A stretch of 64,000 bases of DNA, taken from positions 34,968,001-35,032,000 of the forward strand of contig OX597822.1 of the NCBI GenBank assembly GCA_951406725.2, written 5' to 3'. Source of the DNA: Octopus vulgaris (lineage: Eukaryota). Positions 40,074 to 52,333 of this stretch are shown here, one piece after another (the first letter of the stretch is position 1; every line of letters starts with the position of its first letter). Both the position numbers and the translations under genes were made by a program. The notes beneath the pieces are model-generated. The model saw nothing but the letters and a program-made list of their open reading frames with translations. It made no database searches and was not told the origin of the DNA.

Positions 40074-42030
40074 ACACACATACACACATACACATCTATG
40101 TAACAATTACAAAAAATACGGACACTGGAAGATCAATTTTTTCTTTTAATTCTTCCGGTTAATTGTACAGAATAATTGGTTAATATGACTGACACGTGTT
40201 TCCGTTGCAGAGAGAACGTGCACTTGCATATGCAACCCGTTATTTTCTGCTAAACATTTTCATTCAGTTTTTCCACCAAACTGGAGGACTTGAGCCTAGA
40301 GGACCAAATACATTTGCTTTAACATTCTTTGGGATAAGCTTTTCTTGTTTCTATTCTCGACGGAATTCAATCTAGTCTGCTGTCTCTACTATCATGCAAG
40401 ATAAAGAGCAGACGTGAGCCAATGAAACTCTGCCCTTGCTTGGTTCTTGAACCTGCTAGAAATAGCCACAAAATTTTAATTTTCTACAAATCGCATCACT
40501 AGACTGTCTTCCAAAATAACATACACAATTTATGGGAACAAAAGATGGGATGGTCCGCTCGGAATAATTTTTAATCATAGATCTTACTGATCACAGCATT
40601 CTTTTATGGTTTGGGAGTGGGTAAGCAACAGCAACAACTATATATAGTGCATAATCGTTGTTTTATGAAATTTAGTTTCGTCTGTAAAAGTTCTGCGATC
40701 AAGTACTACGGCATAATTTTTTTTCATTCTTCCGGTAAGGATGAAATAAAATATTGTATGTGCGATGTACGATTCAATCGAAAGTAATTTTATTTTTATT
40801 TTTTAATGCTACAAAACATAATTTAGCTTATTTAAAGCACATTAAAGAAAAAGAAAATACACATCCGACGAGGGACCTCCATGCTTTCCCTCGACGTCTT
40901 ACAAGTATATATCTGCCTCAAATCACAGCCTGTCATCTTTGAAAACAAAACGGATATGATCTACATATGTTGAAAAGCGACGGGTACCTGAGAAATAAAA
41001 TGGACTGAGAGTCCCGGAACTAAACAACAGGAGTAAAATTAAAAGTGAGAAATGGGAGAGAAATATGCTGTAGTTTAGCTTCAAATGATACTGAAGTGTT
41101 TCCTATATTTTTGATATACCCACTTGTGACACGAAAAAAAAATAATTGCAAGTTTTATTTCTAAGCTTTTAGCTCCTTCATTCACTGAGTAGACATTCAA
41201 CATTTTCGCTGTAACTAGAGTAATATGCAAAAATATGTTCAGTAATATTACAAATTGTATAGTCACAGTCGCATATTATATGAATAAGTGCATACGAAAT
41301 ACACTAGTAGAACTGCGCACAAAATAGTTATATGAAAGTCAACACTTTAAATCATAATTAAAATAATTGCTTATAACGAAGATTGCAACAGCACGTTTGT
41401 ACATAACGATGAACGTTAAATGCGTACTGGAGAAATTTACTTTGAAGATATGTTTTTAATTGCACTGAAATACGAAACACTACAGTACTAAAGTACGCTA
41501 ATTACTTCTTTCTCTTTGATATCAATGTAAAATCAATGTGTATCTAATAGAGGTGAAAAAGATACGATTTATCAGAGTATGAGCATTTTATATCACTTGG
41601 CACTTGTCAGAAGATACTTGAAGATACCTTCATATGGATACTGCGTTCGCCAATTCACACAACTAATCATATGAACGCATATATATATATTAAAATACTA
41701 AAATATTCATGTAAAAACATTTATATTCATGGAAATATATACATGATATGCGTGTTCGAAATTAATATAGTTTAAGAGCTAGAAAATAATTGATATATCA
41801 CGATGACAGCTATTGTTCGAAAACGAACAGTAATGAGCTCTTTGGCACAGCATATAGAAGCTATATGGGGATGAAACTACAGATCTTGCAGGTATTGTCA
41901 CGCTTAATAGGCAAAAGAGTGATGAAATCTAATAAAACGAACCATTTAGTCACCGTTTCAGTGTTGAGTACTGATTCTCCCAACTAGCTACTAATGAGCT
42001 TATCGCTCTCTCTTTCTCTCTCTCTCTCTT

Positions 42031-42098
<68 letters not shown>

Positions 42099-42099
<1 letters not shown>

Positions 42100-42354
42100 T
42101 AGCAATGTCTCCCGGCGTTGCCCGGGTGTTATGATCTAGAAGCACATTGTATCATTTGCCCCTTTCTTATGGGCAGAATCGGAACAGTTAATGGAATAAT
42201 GGAAGTTAGTTTTTGTCTAATAGTGAAGTGCGAGGGTACAATCTGCATGGCTTTGCATGAAAATGCTTTCTGTTCTTTAAGAGTGATCAGAAACTATATA
42301 TTGTTTCAACGTATAAAAGGGAGTTAATACGATTTTGTCCAGAAATTACGTATA

Positions 42355-42360
<6 letters not shown>
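42099..42360 (-). mobile_element. Non-autonomous Helitron, 3' end clear
   Basis: Minus strand ends with hairpin cccgggcaacgccggg then CTAG|T; 5' end lost in (TA)n. Confidence 0.65.
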
Positions 42361-42410
<50 letters not shown>

Positions 42411-42411
<1 letters not shown>

Positions 42412-42570
42412 GATGGGCTTCTTTCAGTTTCCGTCTTCCAAATTCACTCAACAAAGCTTTGGTCGACCTGAGACTACAGCTGGAAATATTTGTTCAACGT
42501 GCCACGCAGTAGGACTGAAACCGGCATTATGTGGAAGGGAAACATTCTCCTTACCACACAGCCACGCCTT
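42411..42570 (-). mobile_element. SINE type B 5' half
   Basis: cgatgggcttctttcagtttccgtct...ttaccacacagccacgcct. Confidence 0.85.
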
Positions 42571-42748
42571 CACCTATATATATTTAGCGGCTTTGTATGA
42601 TTTGGATAATGACTCACCCTAGAGGCAACAGTATACGTGTTTGTGTGTATATGTGTTTATATACACATATGTGTGTTTGTGTGTGTGTGTGCTTGTGTGT
42701 ACGCGTAACATTTTGGTAGTGTACAGAATAGTCTAACGGTATTAATAT

Positions 42749-43083
42749 AATAAGGTTATTCAGAAAAAAAATGAAGGAATATTGTTACTTTATTTAGATA
42801 CAGCTGGAGAATGTGTTCGATTTTTCCAAGGAAATGCAGTGAAATGGAATGAAATAATATAAAATAAGAATAAAACAGAGGGGAATATTTACAATATTAC
42901 ATTTAATAGTTCTCGATTCATAAAAGTAACGTTACTTTATTATACTTCATTTATACTTATATAATTTTACTGCATGTTATTTCGGATCATTTCATCTCAT
43001 TTCAAGGGGAAATTTGAAGAGTTTCTGCACCTGTAAATAAAAGACGGAAACTATCCCTTCGTTTCTTTTGAATACACTTATTG
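42749..43083. mobile_element. Old fold-back element, arms about 110 bp
   Basis: aataaggttattcagaaaaaaaatgaagg... versus reverse complement aataagtgtattcaaaagaaacgaagg...; ends resemble the TIR at 35299. Confidence 0.55.
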
Positions 43084-43119
43084 ATTATTATTATTTTTAA
43101 TACTATTATTAATAATATT

Positions 43120-43152
<33 letters not shown>

Positions 43153-43300
43153 CGATAGGTGAATGAATTATCCTATGTTTACCGTCAACATGGACAATTC
43201 GATGAACCGATACCAGGGTAGCAAATTCACGTCAGAAACACGGTTGAAGCGACCTGTCCAAGGGTAGAAACTCCGGGTTCATGTGCAGAAATTTGTGTGT

Positions 43301-43420
43301 TATATATGTATAAATAAATAAATGGAGTTGAACGAAGATGTTAACAAAATTCCTTGTCGAGAGTAAAGGAATTTTGTTAGCATCTTCGTTCAACTCCATT
43401 CATTTATTTATTCATATATA
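43301..43420. repeat. Near-perfect hairpin, arms about 55 bp, loop about 10 nt
   Basis: aatggagttgaacgaagatgttaacaaaattcctt / aaggaattttgttagcatcttcgttcaactccatt. Confidence 0.9.
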
Positions 43421-43438
43421 TATATGTATGTATGTATG

Positions 43439-43478
<40 letters not shown>

Positions 43479-44020
43479 GGTGCTGTGTTTTCAAAAGCAA
43501 ATTTTCCTATATATATATATGTGTGTGTGTGTTTGTGTGAGCGTGTGCGTGTGTGTGTATAGGAGAATTTGTTTTTGAAAATGCATCTGAATTTGAAAAA
43601 TTTGTTGTTTTTTAAATAAATTTATTTACATATATCCCCAACTACTTTCAACTTGCTATTTTTTTATCAATGATATAAATGTATATAAAACAAAGAGATT
43701 TTAAGAAAATTTAAAATTACGAAGCAGAAAAGATGTTTAAATGATTAAATGTTCACAAAATTCAATGACATGGGTAGATAATATCAAAAATGATCGGTGA
43801 GGAATATATCTAGTGTGGATTACTAAAAGTTCAATCATATTCAGTTATTATAGAATACGTGAACAAGAGAGGGAAAGAAGGAAAGAAGAGTAAAAAAAAA
43901 AGGTAGAGTTACAGTTTCTGTCGTCTTGTTTGTAGTTCCTTTTTTCCGTAGCGTAGGAGGCCTTTCACTTTTAACGGTGTTTTGGAATCAGAGAATATCT
44001 TGTGTATATATATATTTATA

Positions 44021-44163
44021 CTAGCAGTATCGCCCGGCGTTGCTCGGGTTTGTAAGGGAAATAACTATATAACCATTTTTAGAGAGTTATAGCCAAAAAA
44101 ATGGAAAAAAATGATGGTAAAATGATGGAGACAGACACACAACTTCACTTTTATATATAAAGA
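44021..44163 (-). mobile_element. Complete 143-bp non-autonomous Helitron
   Basis: Minus strand A|TCTTTATATATAAAAG ... cccgagcaacgccggg-cgatactg-CTAG|T. Confidence 0.8.
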
Positions 44164-44534
44164 TATATATATATATATATGTTTTTACGTGAAAGGATCT
44201 AATATGTGATTCGTTATAATTCTGATGACGTCTTATTCTTTCTGGTGGACGATTTTTAGTGTTTTGTTTGTTTGTTTGTTTGCTTGGTTGGTTGGTTGAT
44301 TGATTGGTTGGTTGGTTGGTTGGTTGGGTATTGGTTGGGTGGTTTGGTGGTTGGTTCCATGTACCTTGGAACAGGTTTTTATTGGTAGTATGTTTCGTGG
44401 TGTCACTTTATTTTGATAAGGAACCCGTTTTTTTTTATATGAATTTGTCTTCCTCATGTGAAGTCGTGTGTTGAAACGGATATTGTTGTATTTCTGGATG
44501 GACATTTTTTTTTCTGCAAAATAAACACACGCTC

Positions 44535-45138
44535 TGTATATTCATTCTTCACTCGTTTATTACTGTTCTTATTGTAACTCGTCAATTATCCGGAAATCTT
44601 TTGTGACACCTCTGTGACCTCCTCAGCGTCACTTTCGTCTTCGTGTATGCTCTTGCTCTGCTTATTCCATTTTCTTACACTTTATTGTCCCTATAAAATT
44701 CGGCTAAAGATCCCATAAAGATCCCATCGTTCTTACCCGGATTACTCCGTTTTTCTTCCTGCATGATTCTAGATTGTTCTTTATAACCAATCCATGCGAT
44801 TTTTTTTATCGAAGTGTTTATCGCGTTTGCGTCTAATGTAAATCCTTTCTTTGTGTATGATGTTCGTTAAAGGTGTTCTGTTTGTTAGCGTTATGATGTA
44901 CTTTACCTCCCGTAGTAACAAGCGTTTGCGTTTTTCTTGTTGGTTTAAGTCTGTATAAATTTTCTTCTCAGTGTTTAATATTAGTGTTCTTTTAAGAATG
45001 GAATAATCAGAGCAACAGCACAACGAAGACGGAAAGTGTCGCTGAAGAGGTCACAGATATGTGACGAAAGATTTCCGGGCAATGGATATGAGATACAATA
45101 AGAAAAGTAATAAACGCGTGAAGAACTAATATATAACC
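44535..45138. mobile_element. Inverted pseudo-LTR-like pair of a Penelope-like element
   Basis: 44535-44685 is the diverged reverse complement of 44990-45138; each carries a hammerhead-like core. Confidence 0.7.
45037..45081 (+). ncRNA. Hammerhead-like motif in the pseudo-LTR
   Basis: UGUCG-CUGAAGA-G-GUCACA(gaua)UGUGAC-GAAA-GAUU-UC-CGGGCA; perfect 6-bp stem II, stem I weak. Confidence 0.6.
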
Positions 45139-45449
45139 ATCCCGAAATACAACAAAACCTTTTTTTTTTTTTTTGTATGGTAAATTTTGGCGTTCTGCTT
45201 AGTTGACTTACTTGTAGGGAATGGTCATCATCCGTTCCGGTTGGTTGACTTCCTTCTGTTTTTTTCCCGAAGGTCCAGTTCTGAGGTTTGAGAAGGTGTA
45301 TGGTGTTATTGTATAGTGATTCAGAGTTGCAGTTTCGAAACCCAGGAGGAAGACGATTATAAAGTTTTCGAATTATGTCCGTTGTATTTGGTTTGGGTTT
45401 TTTTTTTTTGTGTGGAGGCATTGTGTTTTTTCTTCTTTTCAGTGTGTAA

Positions 45450-45685
45450 TTAAAGAATATTTAATTGCAGTTTATATTTTTTAATGAGCATGTTTTCCTT
45501 ATTCAATCAGAATTCGGTTGAATTATTTCCGGTGCATTGATAGAAATGGAAGAGTTGGTATTTCGGGTTTATGTCAGCGGGGCAGTGATCTAGGTGTTTG
45601 CTTACGGAAATTTTCCTGGCAGTGGAGTCCCGGATTTCTTGCTTGTGTATCGTCAGTCTGTCCTTTTAGTTTGACTTATATAGTC
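45450..45685 (-). pseudogene. Penelope-like GIY-YIG endonuclease remnant
   Basis: DYISQTKR/(frameshift)RLTIHKQEIRDSTARKISVSKHLDHC...PKYQLFHFY...EF*LNKENMLIKKYKLQLN matches the YIGxT..R..H..H...R..E..I...LN pattern. Confidence 0.8.
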
Positions 45686-46493
45686 AAAATTCGATATTTT
45701 CATGTAAAAACATATATACACACACAAAATATTCTCTGATTTCAAAACACTCTGTTAAATGCGAAGACCCCTGTATGCGACAGAAAAATGAACTGCACGC
45801 AAGACACAGACACTGTAAAAAAAACAACCTTTTTTTAACTCTTCTTTTCTTCTAAAAGTTCGGTCATATTGAGCTATTATATAATACCTGTAGAAGAGTC
45901 TCCACGTATTCTGTAATAACTCAATATGATCGAACGTTTAGTAATCCACATTTTTAAAGTATTTTTCGCCGATCGTTTTCAGATTATCTACCCCTGTCAT
46001 TGCATTTTGTGTACATTTAATCATTTAAACATGTTTTCTTCTTCGTAAATTTTAACTCTGCTAAAATCCGATTGTTTTATATATAATTTGTATCAATAAT
46101 AAACAAAAAAAATGTTGAAAATAATTTGGGATGTATGTAAATTCGACCCTTTCATGTAAAAACATATATACACACACAAAGTATTCTCTGATTTCAAAAC
46201 ACTCTGTTAAATGCGAAAACCCCTGTGTGCGACAGAAAAATGAACTGCACGCAAGACACAGACACTAAAAAAAAACCTTTTTTTAATCACTTCTTTTCTT
46301 CTAAAAGTTCGGTCATATTCAGTTTTTCAAATTCAGATGCATTTTCAAAAAGAAATTCTCCTAAGAAATTCTCCTATATTTTTCCTGCGTGGAAATACTC
46401 CTCTTTCCAAAAATATATATGCACACATGCATAGCATATATATACGCACGCACACACACAAACACACACACACAGACACATCTATAAATATAA

Positions 46494-46554
<61 letters not shown>

Positions 46555-46555
46555 T

Positions 46556-47221
46556 GGGATCAATAGGTGGTTCATCAACTTTAAGACATTATATGTTAAC
46601 TTATTTATTTATTTATAGGTATGTCTTTCAGTGATGAGTCCATTTTATCAACTCCATTTTTCTAGCAATATTCATTTTGAGGGTCTACTATACTGTACTC
46701 AAATGAACTCACTCTCATAAGCAATGTTATAAACAATGCAGAGATAGTTTATACACAGACAAGTAGTAGTGATAGATTATTATTTTAATTCGAAGAAAGT
46801 TAGAGTTTGTGAATCCAACAAACTAAGGGTTAATATCTATCCAACATACTGCTGATAGAATACCCAATTATTAATACACAAATGTTTTTTACTGCATTGC
46901 AATTATATTACCGAGTGTACTAAATGGGTGAAGGTAAAGAAATATTTTATCATTAATTTATAGAGCAATTAAATAAATAAATAAGTTGACATAATATAAT
47001 GTCTAAAAGTTGATGAACCACTTATTGATCCCCTCCATTTTCTTATTGGTCTATAAATTAATGGTAAAATATATGTTTACCATCACCCATTTAGTACACT
47101 CGGTAATGTAATTGCAATGTAATAAAAAAACACTTGTGTGTTAATAATTAGGTATTCTACCAGCAGTATATTGGATAGATATCATCCCTTAGTTGGTTGG
47201 ATTCACAACTTCACTTCAAAT
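46556..47221. repeat. Interleaved inverted repeats A-C-B-A'-B' in a TA tract
   Basis: A 46556-46617 pairs with 46971-47032; B about 46787-46969 pairs with about 47045-47221. Confidence 0.85.
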
Positions 47222-47273
<52 letters not shown>

Positions 47274-47413
47274 GCACATATATGTACATATTGGCCTGCT
47301 CGCTTAGCCAGCGGGGTGGCGTCGTTTGAAGGCTATAAAATGCGAAGCGCATTGTGACCAGCGATGTGTAGCAACATCTGATAGCCTGGTCGGTCACGTG
47401 ATCATGGGATGTC

Positions 47414-47467
<54 letters not shown>

Positions 47468-48444
47468 AACATGTATATATACTACTACTACTGTGGTTAC
47501 TGCCACTTCATTGACGTCATCTTAACACCAGTTAATAAACTTGTATATGCTTCTCTCGTCACCATTTATTGATACATTTCGTACTAAATACGACAACGTA
47601 TACAGATATTGTAGAGGAATGCGACCGTTCAAGGATTTTAGCATTGAAAAGTAAAATGTCTGTCGGTAAATAACAGACATTGTACAGTTGATGTGCATGG
47701 TTGGAAGCAGGTTTCCCATGCGCTAAAACTCTACTACACACATTTTTAGATATACGTCAAATAATACTGAAAGTGTTTTAACTTCAATCACTAGTCATGC
47801 GCCATTTATTTGAAAGCTTTACAGTGAAAAGGTTAGAGAAAACAAATAAAATCGAATGGTGTTTTCGTTTGATTTTAGTGAATGATTTTATCACAAAGGG
47901 CTGCAAAATGATTGTATGAGCAATTTTATACTTATCAATCGATCGTTAAAAAACTCTCTCTTTCTTTCCCCCCTCTCTCTCTCTCTCTGCCTCTATGTCA
48001 TACATATACATATATATGCATGTGTGTATGTACAAACACACACACGTGTGTATATATATGTGTGTGTGTATATATACAAATAAAATTTATAATGTGTATT
48101 TATGTATGATTTATGTATTTATAATGTGTATTTATGTATGATTTATGTCTATATAATAATGTTCTAAGTAAATATAAGCTATTAATTAAATTTTGATATA
48201 ATCCTGCACAAGCAAATAAATTAAAGTGCATGTAGATACCGAAAATCAAATCATTGGTATACTTATTACAATCAAAAGGTTACAATAAATTAATTTGTTT
48301 TAGTTCATTCGGGGTAAAATGTGTGTTTTTAACTTGTTAGGCGATATAATCAAATGCTCCAGTAAAGGAAAGTTCACTGAAGAAATAGAAAAGGCCAGTC
48401 ACTAAATTTGGCTTCATGTTTCAATGGAACACTTAGCCATATAT

Positions 48445-48612
48445 GCGCAGGAGTGGCTGTATGGTAAGTAGCTTGCTAACCAACCACATGGTTCCGGGTT
48501 CAGTCCCACTGCGTGGCATCTTGGGCAAGTGTATTCTGCTATAGCCCCGGGCCGACCAATGCCTTCTGAGTGAATTTGGTAGACTGAAACTGAAAGAAAC
48601 CTGTCGTATATA

Positions 48613-48661
<49 letters not shown>

Positions 48662-49125
48662 GTTTGTGTGTCTGTTTTTGTCCCCCCTAGCATTGCTTGA
48701 CAACCGATGCTGGTGTGTTTATGTCCCCGTTACTTAGCGGTTCGGCAAAAGAGACCGATATAATAAGTACTGGGCTTACAAAGTCCCGGGGTCAATTACT
48801 TTAAATGAGTTGGAGCTATTTTGTTCGTACAAGTCGGTAGAAAATTTTGAATTTTGCGTCTGACAGCTGAAGGGACAGGGAAATATCACTGAGATGGTAC
48901 TTCATTTACTGACACCGAGAGGTGGAAAAACCAAGATTGGCATCGGTACAACCTGAACCTGGGAGACAGAGACCCGAAATAACTCAACGTAATATACCTG
49001 ATACTTTCTTTCTATTCTCCTCTCCCACTTTCTCTTCCTCTCTATTTCGTTTTTCATACACACATATATATACAATATACATGCATGTATGACTGAAACA
49101 AGTAAAAGAGTAAAAGAGTAAAGAG
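48445..49125 (+). mobile_element. SINE type B, full length, tail interrupted by a local duplication
   Basis: gcgcaggagtggctgtatggtaagtagc... to cccggggtc (48792); resumes tgactgaaacaagtaaaagag at about 49090. Confidence 0.9.
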
Positions 49126-49589
49126 TATATACACACAGGAACTTAATGTGCAATGTTTTCAAACTTCTGTTAAGCTGAACAGGCACGCTGGGACGATAGT
49201 ACTTGTTTTGATGTTTATTCGAAAATTGACAGGTAATCAATGAAGTTCAATTAAAGCTGATTTAAAGTGTTCACGTAATATTTTAATAAAACGAATACAA
49301 TTACTTTAAATGAGTTGGAGCTATTTTGTTCGTATTTTGTTCGTAGAAAATTTTGAATTTTGCGTCTGACAGCTGAAGGGACAGGGAAACCTCACTGAGA
49401 TGGTACTTCATTTACTGACACCGAGAGGTGGAAAAACCAAGATTGACATCGGTACAACCTGAACCTGGGAGACCCGAAATAACTCAATGTAATATACCTG
49501 ACACTTTCTTTCTATTCTCCTCTCCCACTTTCTCTTCCTCTCTATTTCGTTTTTCATACACACATATATATACAATATACATGCATGTA
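48793..49589 (+). repeat. ~295 bp direct duplication (48793-49089 and 49298-49589)
   Basis: Near identical apart from small indels. Confidence 0.92.
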
Positions 49590-49790
49590 CAAATATATAT
49601 ATATATATATGTTACCACTTTTTTGATGAATTTTTTTCTGTAAAAAAACTTCATCCTATATTAGTAGTATATATATATATATATATAGTTAATCCAAACA
49701 TGAACAAAAACACAACAACGCGAGGATGTGGAACAAATATAGTGTTAGTAGTCTTATTGAGCCCTCAGGAAAGGAAAGAAAGAAGGAGGA

Positions 49791-49824
49791 TTTAACGTTT
49801 CGAGCGGAGCTCTTCGTCAGAAAC
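49791..49824 (-). ncRNA. Minimal type I hammerhead-like motif, intact core, in cassette 49688-49836
   Basis: GUUU-CUGACGA-A-GAGC(ucc)GCUC-GAAA-CG-UU-AAAU; same family as 3065. Confidence 0.65.
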
Positions 49825-50865
49825 ATAGAAAAAGGAAATATATATATATATGCGGACACAAACACACACACACGTGTAATGTGGACGGAGAGAAGGCCAA
49901 GTGACTATGAAGTTCATATTGAAATTGTATGGTCGCGAGTCCTTGGTCCTGGCGAGAGTACCACTGTGCGAGAACTCCGAAAAGTTTGTTTACCGGAGTC
50001 CCGGATCGGCAAAAGCCTTGTCATATGATGTTACGCTGAATACGTGCACGGGTTAAGAGAAGTTTTAATGTTTCTATGGAATACTTAGTCACGTACACAC
50101 ATTAATTTAACGAGAGATCAAGCAAATGAACGCTCACCATCGAAATCAACGCGTATCATCGAAAGTATCGCAGAAAATATTCATTTTGTGCTTCTGTCAC
50201 ATTATAAAGAACAAAAGATAAAAGAATTGACGCTTTATGAAAATATATTTATAAGATATTTTTTCATAGAAGGACCTGATTATTACATTAGATATTCTAG
50301 CTACTTTTGAGGAAAGCTGTTACGTTATTAGGGGAAATATTGCAGTGTTCGACGTTTGTTTTAATCAGTTTACGTCAATAACGCTACAATATTTTTGTGA
50401 TATATTTGTATTACAAACTTCAAAGCAAATTCTTAAAGATAAGAAAGAAGTCAAGAATTGTAGCTTGACAGGCGAGTTCTGTACAATATATGACGCCTAG
50501 CAAATTCCTGTTTAAAACAATTTCCCTTCACTTATTTATAAGCAAAACACCAGCGTCATACGGTCTCACATCTATTTCGTATTATATATTCAGCAGAGAT
50601 TAAAATTGAAAATTTATGATCGTTAGATTAGATAGATCAGTTATTATTTTTGGTGAAAACATTTATTTTATCGGATACAAATATTGCAGTGATCGACATT
50701 TTTTAGATTTTTTTGTCATTTTACTGCGATAACGATAAAATATATTTGTGGTACCGACATAATCAATTATATAGCATAAACTTCAAAGTAACTTCTCCGC
50801 GCTAAGAAAGGAGTCAAAAATTGTAAATAGACAGGCAAATGCCGTGCAATAGATGACGCCAGGGA

Positions 50866-51096
50866 GGCGGCGAGCTGGCAGAATTGTTAGCATGCCGGGC
50901 GAAATGCTTAGCGGTATTTCGTCTGCCGCTACGTTCTGAGTTCAAATTGCGCCGAGGTCGTCTTTGCCTTTCATCCTTTCGGGGTAGATAAATTAAGTAC
51001 CAGTTACGCACTGGAGTCGATGTAATCGACTTAATCCCTTTGTCTGTACTTGTTTGTCCCCTCTGTGTTTAGCCCCCTGTGGGAAATAAAGAAATA
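50866..51096 (+). mobile_element. SINE type A, full length
   Basis: ggcggcgagctggcagaattgttagc...gtgggaaataaagaaata. Confidence 0.93.
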
Positions 51097-51114
51097 AATA
51101 TATGACGCCGGAAA

Positions 51115-51308
51115 GGCAACGAGCTGGCAGAATCGTTAGCACGCCGAGCGATATGATTATCAGTCTGTCTTTATGTTCTGAGTTCAAATTCCACCGAGGT
51201 CGACTTTGCCTTTCATACTTTCGGGGTCGACAAATTAAGCACCAGTACTAGTCGGGATCGATAAATTAAGCACCAGTTCTACTCTGTGCCTAGAGTTGAA
51301 AAGGAAAG
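51115..51308 (+). mobile_element. SINE type A, internally rearranged
   Basis: ggcaacgagctggcagaatcgttagc...; duplicated aaattaagcaccagt. Confidence 0.85.
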
Positions 51309-51540
51309 ACTATATGACGCCTGGTAAATTCCTTTTTAAAACTGTCACTTTCCACTTATTCCTAAACAAAATACCAGCATATCATCGACTTAATAGTTCA
51401 TATTTATGAGAGATTTAAAATGAGAATTTGTGGCTTTAAACCCAATCACCAGTGATATTCAAAAACGTGAATGCAGTGCGTTGTTATATTTCTACAGTCG
51501 GCAAAACTTATGCGAATGCCGACGATATTCTTTTTGTTTT

Positions 51541-51940
51541 TACCTCTTTTTACTTGTTTAAATCATTGACTTGTGGCTATGAAGTGACACCACCATGTAG
51601 AGTAAGGCGAACAGATTAGTGTGTGTTTTTTTTTAAAATTCGATACCTATGTTATCTTTCTCCTTTGCTGATCCGCTAAATTCTGTCGATATCAACAAAC
51701 TAACACCATTTGTCAAGCAGTTCGTGGAGAGACACAAACAAAAATACACACAGATATAGAAACACACACATACATACACGTACGCATACACATATGTATG
51801 TGTGTACACGAAAAGCTTCCACACACTCTCTGTCTTCCAAATTCAATCGGAAGAGACACTTGCGAAGAAGCCGCGCATCAAGACTGAACTCGAGACAACG
51901 ATTTTAAATCGAGCTTCTTAAACACAGATCTACGCCTGCA
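51541..51940 (-). mobile_element. SINE type B, old full-length copy
   Basis: Both halves recognisable around a (CA)-rich spacer. Confidence 0.6.
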
Positions 51941-51974
51941 CGAATACATATACATATTGTATGTTATATATGTG

Positions 51975-52056
<82 letters not shown>

Positions 52057-52333
52057 CACACATACAAAAGATACAAAATATATTTTGTATCTTTTTGCGT
52101 TTGCTAAATTTTCTTGAGAACAATCCTTTCTTAGTGGCAAGACCATAGAGGGTCGGTTTCTAGCACAATGGATGTCCACTTAGTGGTTATCCCACCTATA
52201 TGTATGTAATATAATTTTTATGAATCTTCAGATTTTTCTATATGATAGACCACTGATTTTAAATTGATATTCATCAAATTAATATTCAATTTTTCACCCT
52301 TATTATTATAAATTATATATATATATATATATA

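Larger units (their letters stand above)
43558..46378. mobile_element. Large fold-back DNA element with nested insertions
   Basis: TIR taggagaatttgtttttgaaaatgcatctgaatttgaaaaa inverted at about 46323-46363; diverged ~400-bp inverted arms 43620-44017 and 45708-46142; 46150-46320 duplicates 45697-45870. Confidence 0.7.
50335..51450 (+). repeat. Two diverged ~344-bp tandem units; the second is split by two SINE A copies
   Basis: aaatattgcagtg at 50335 and 50679; unit 2 resumes at about 51311. Confidence 0.75.

Noticed and set aside
43202-43282. Hammerhead (atgaa-ccga...gaaactccgggttcat)
   Set aside because: The 5' core is too degenerate and overlaps a cassette-terminal motif.
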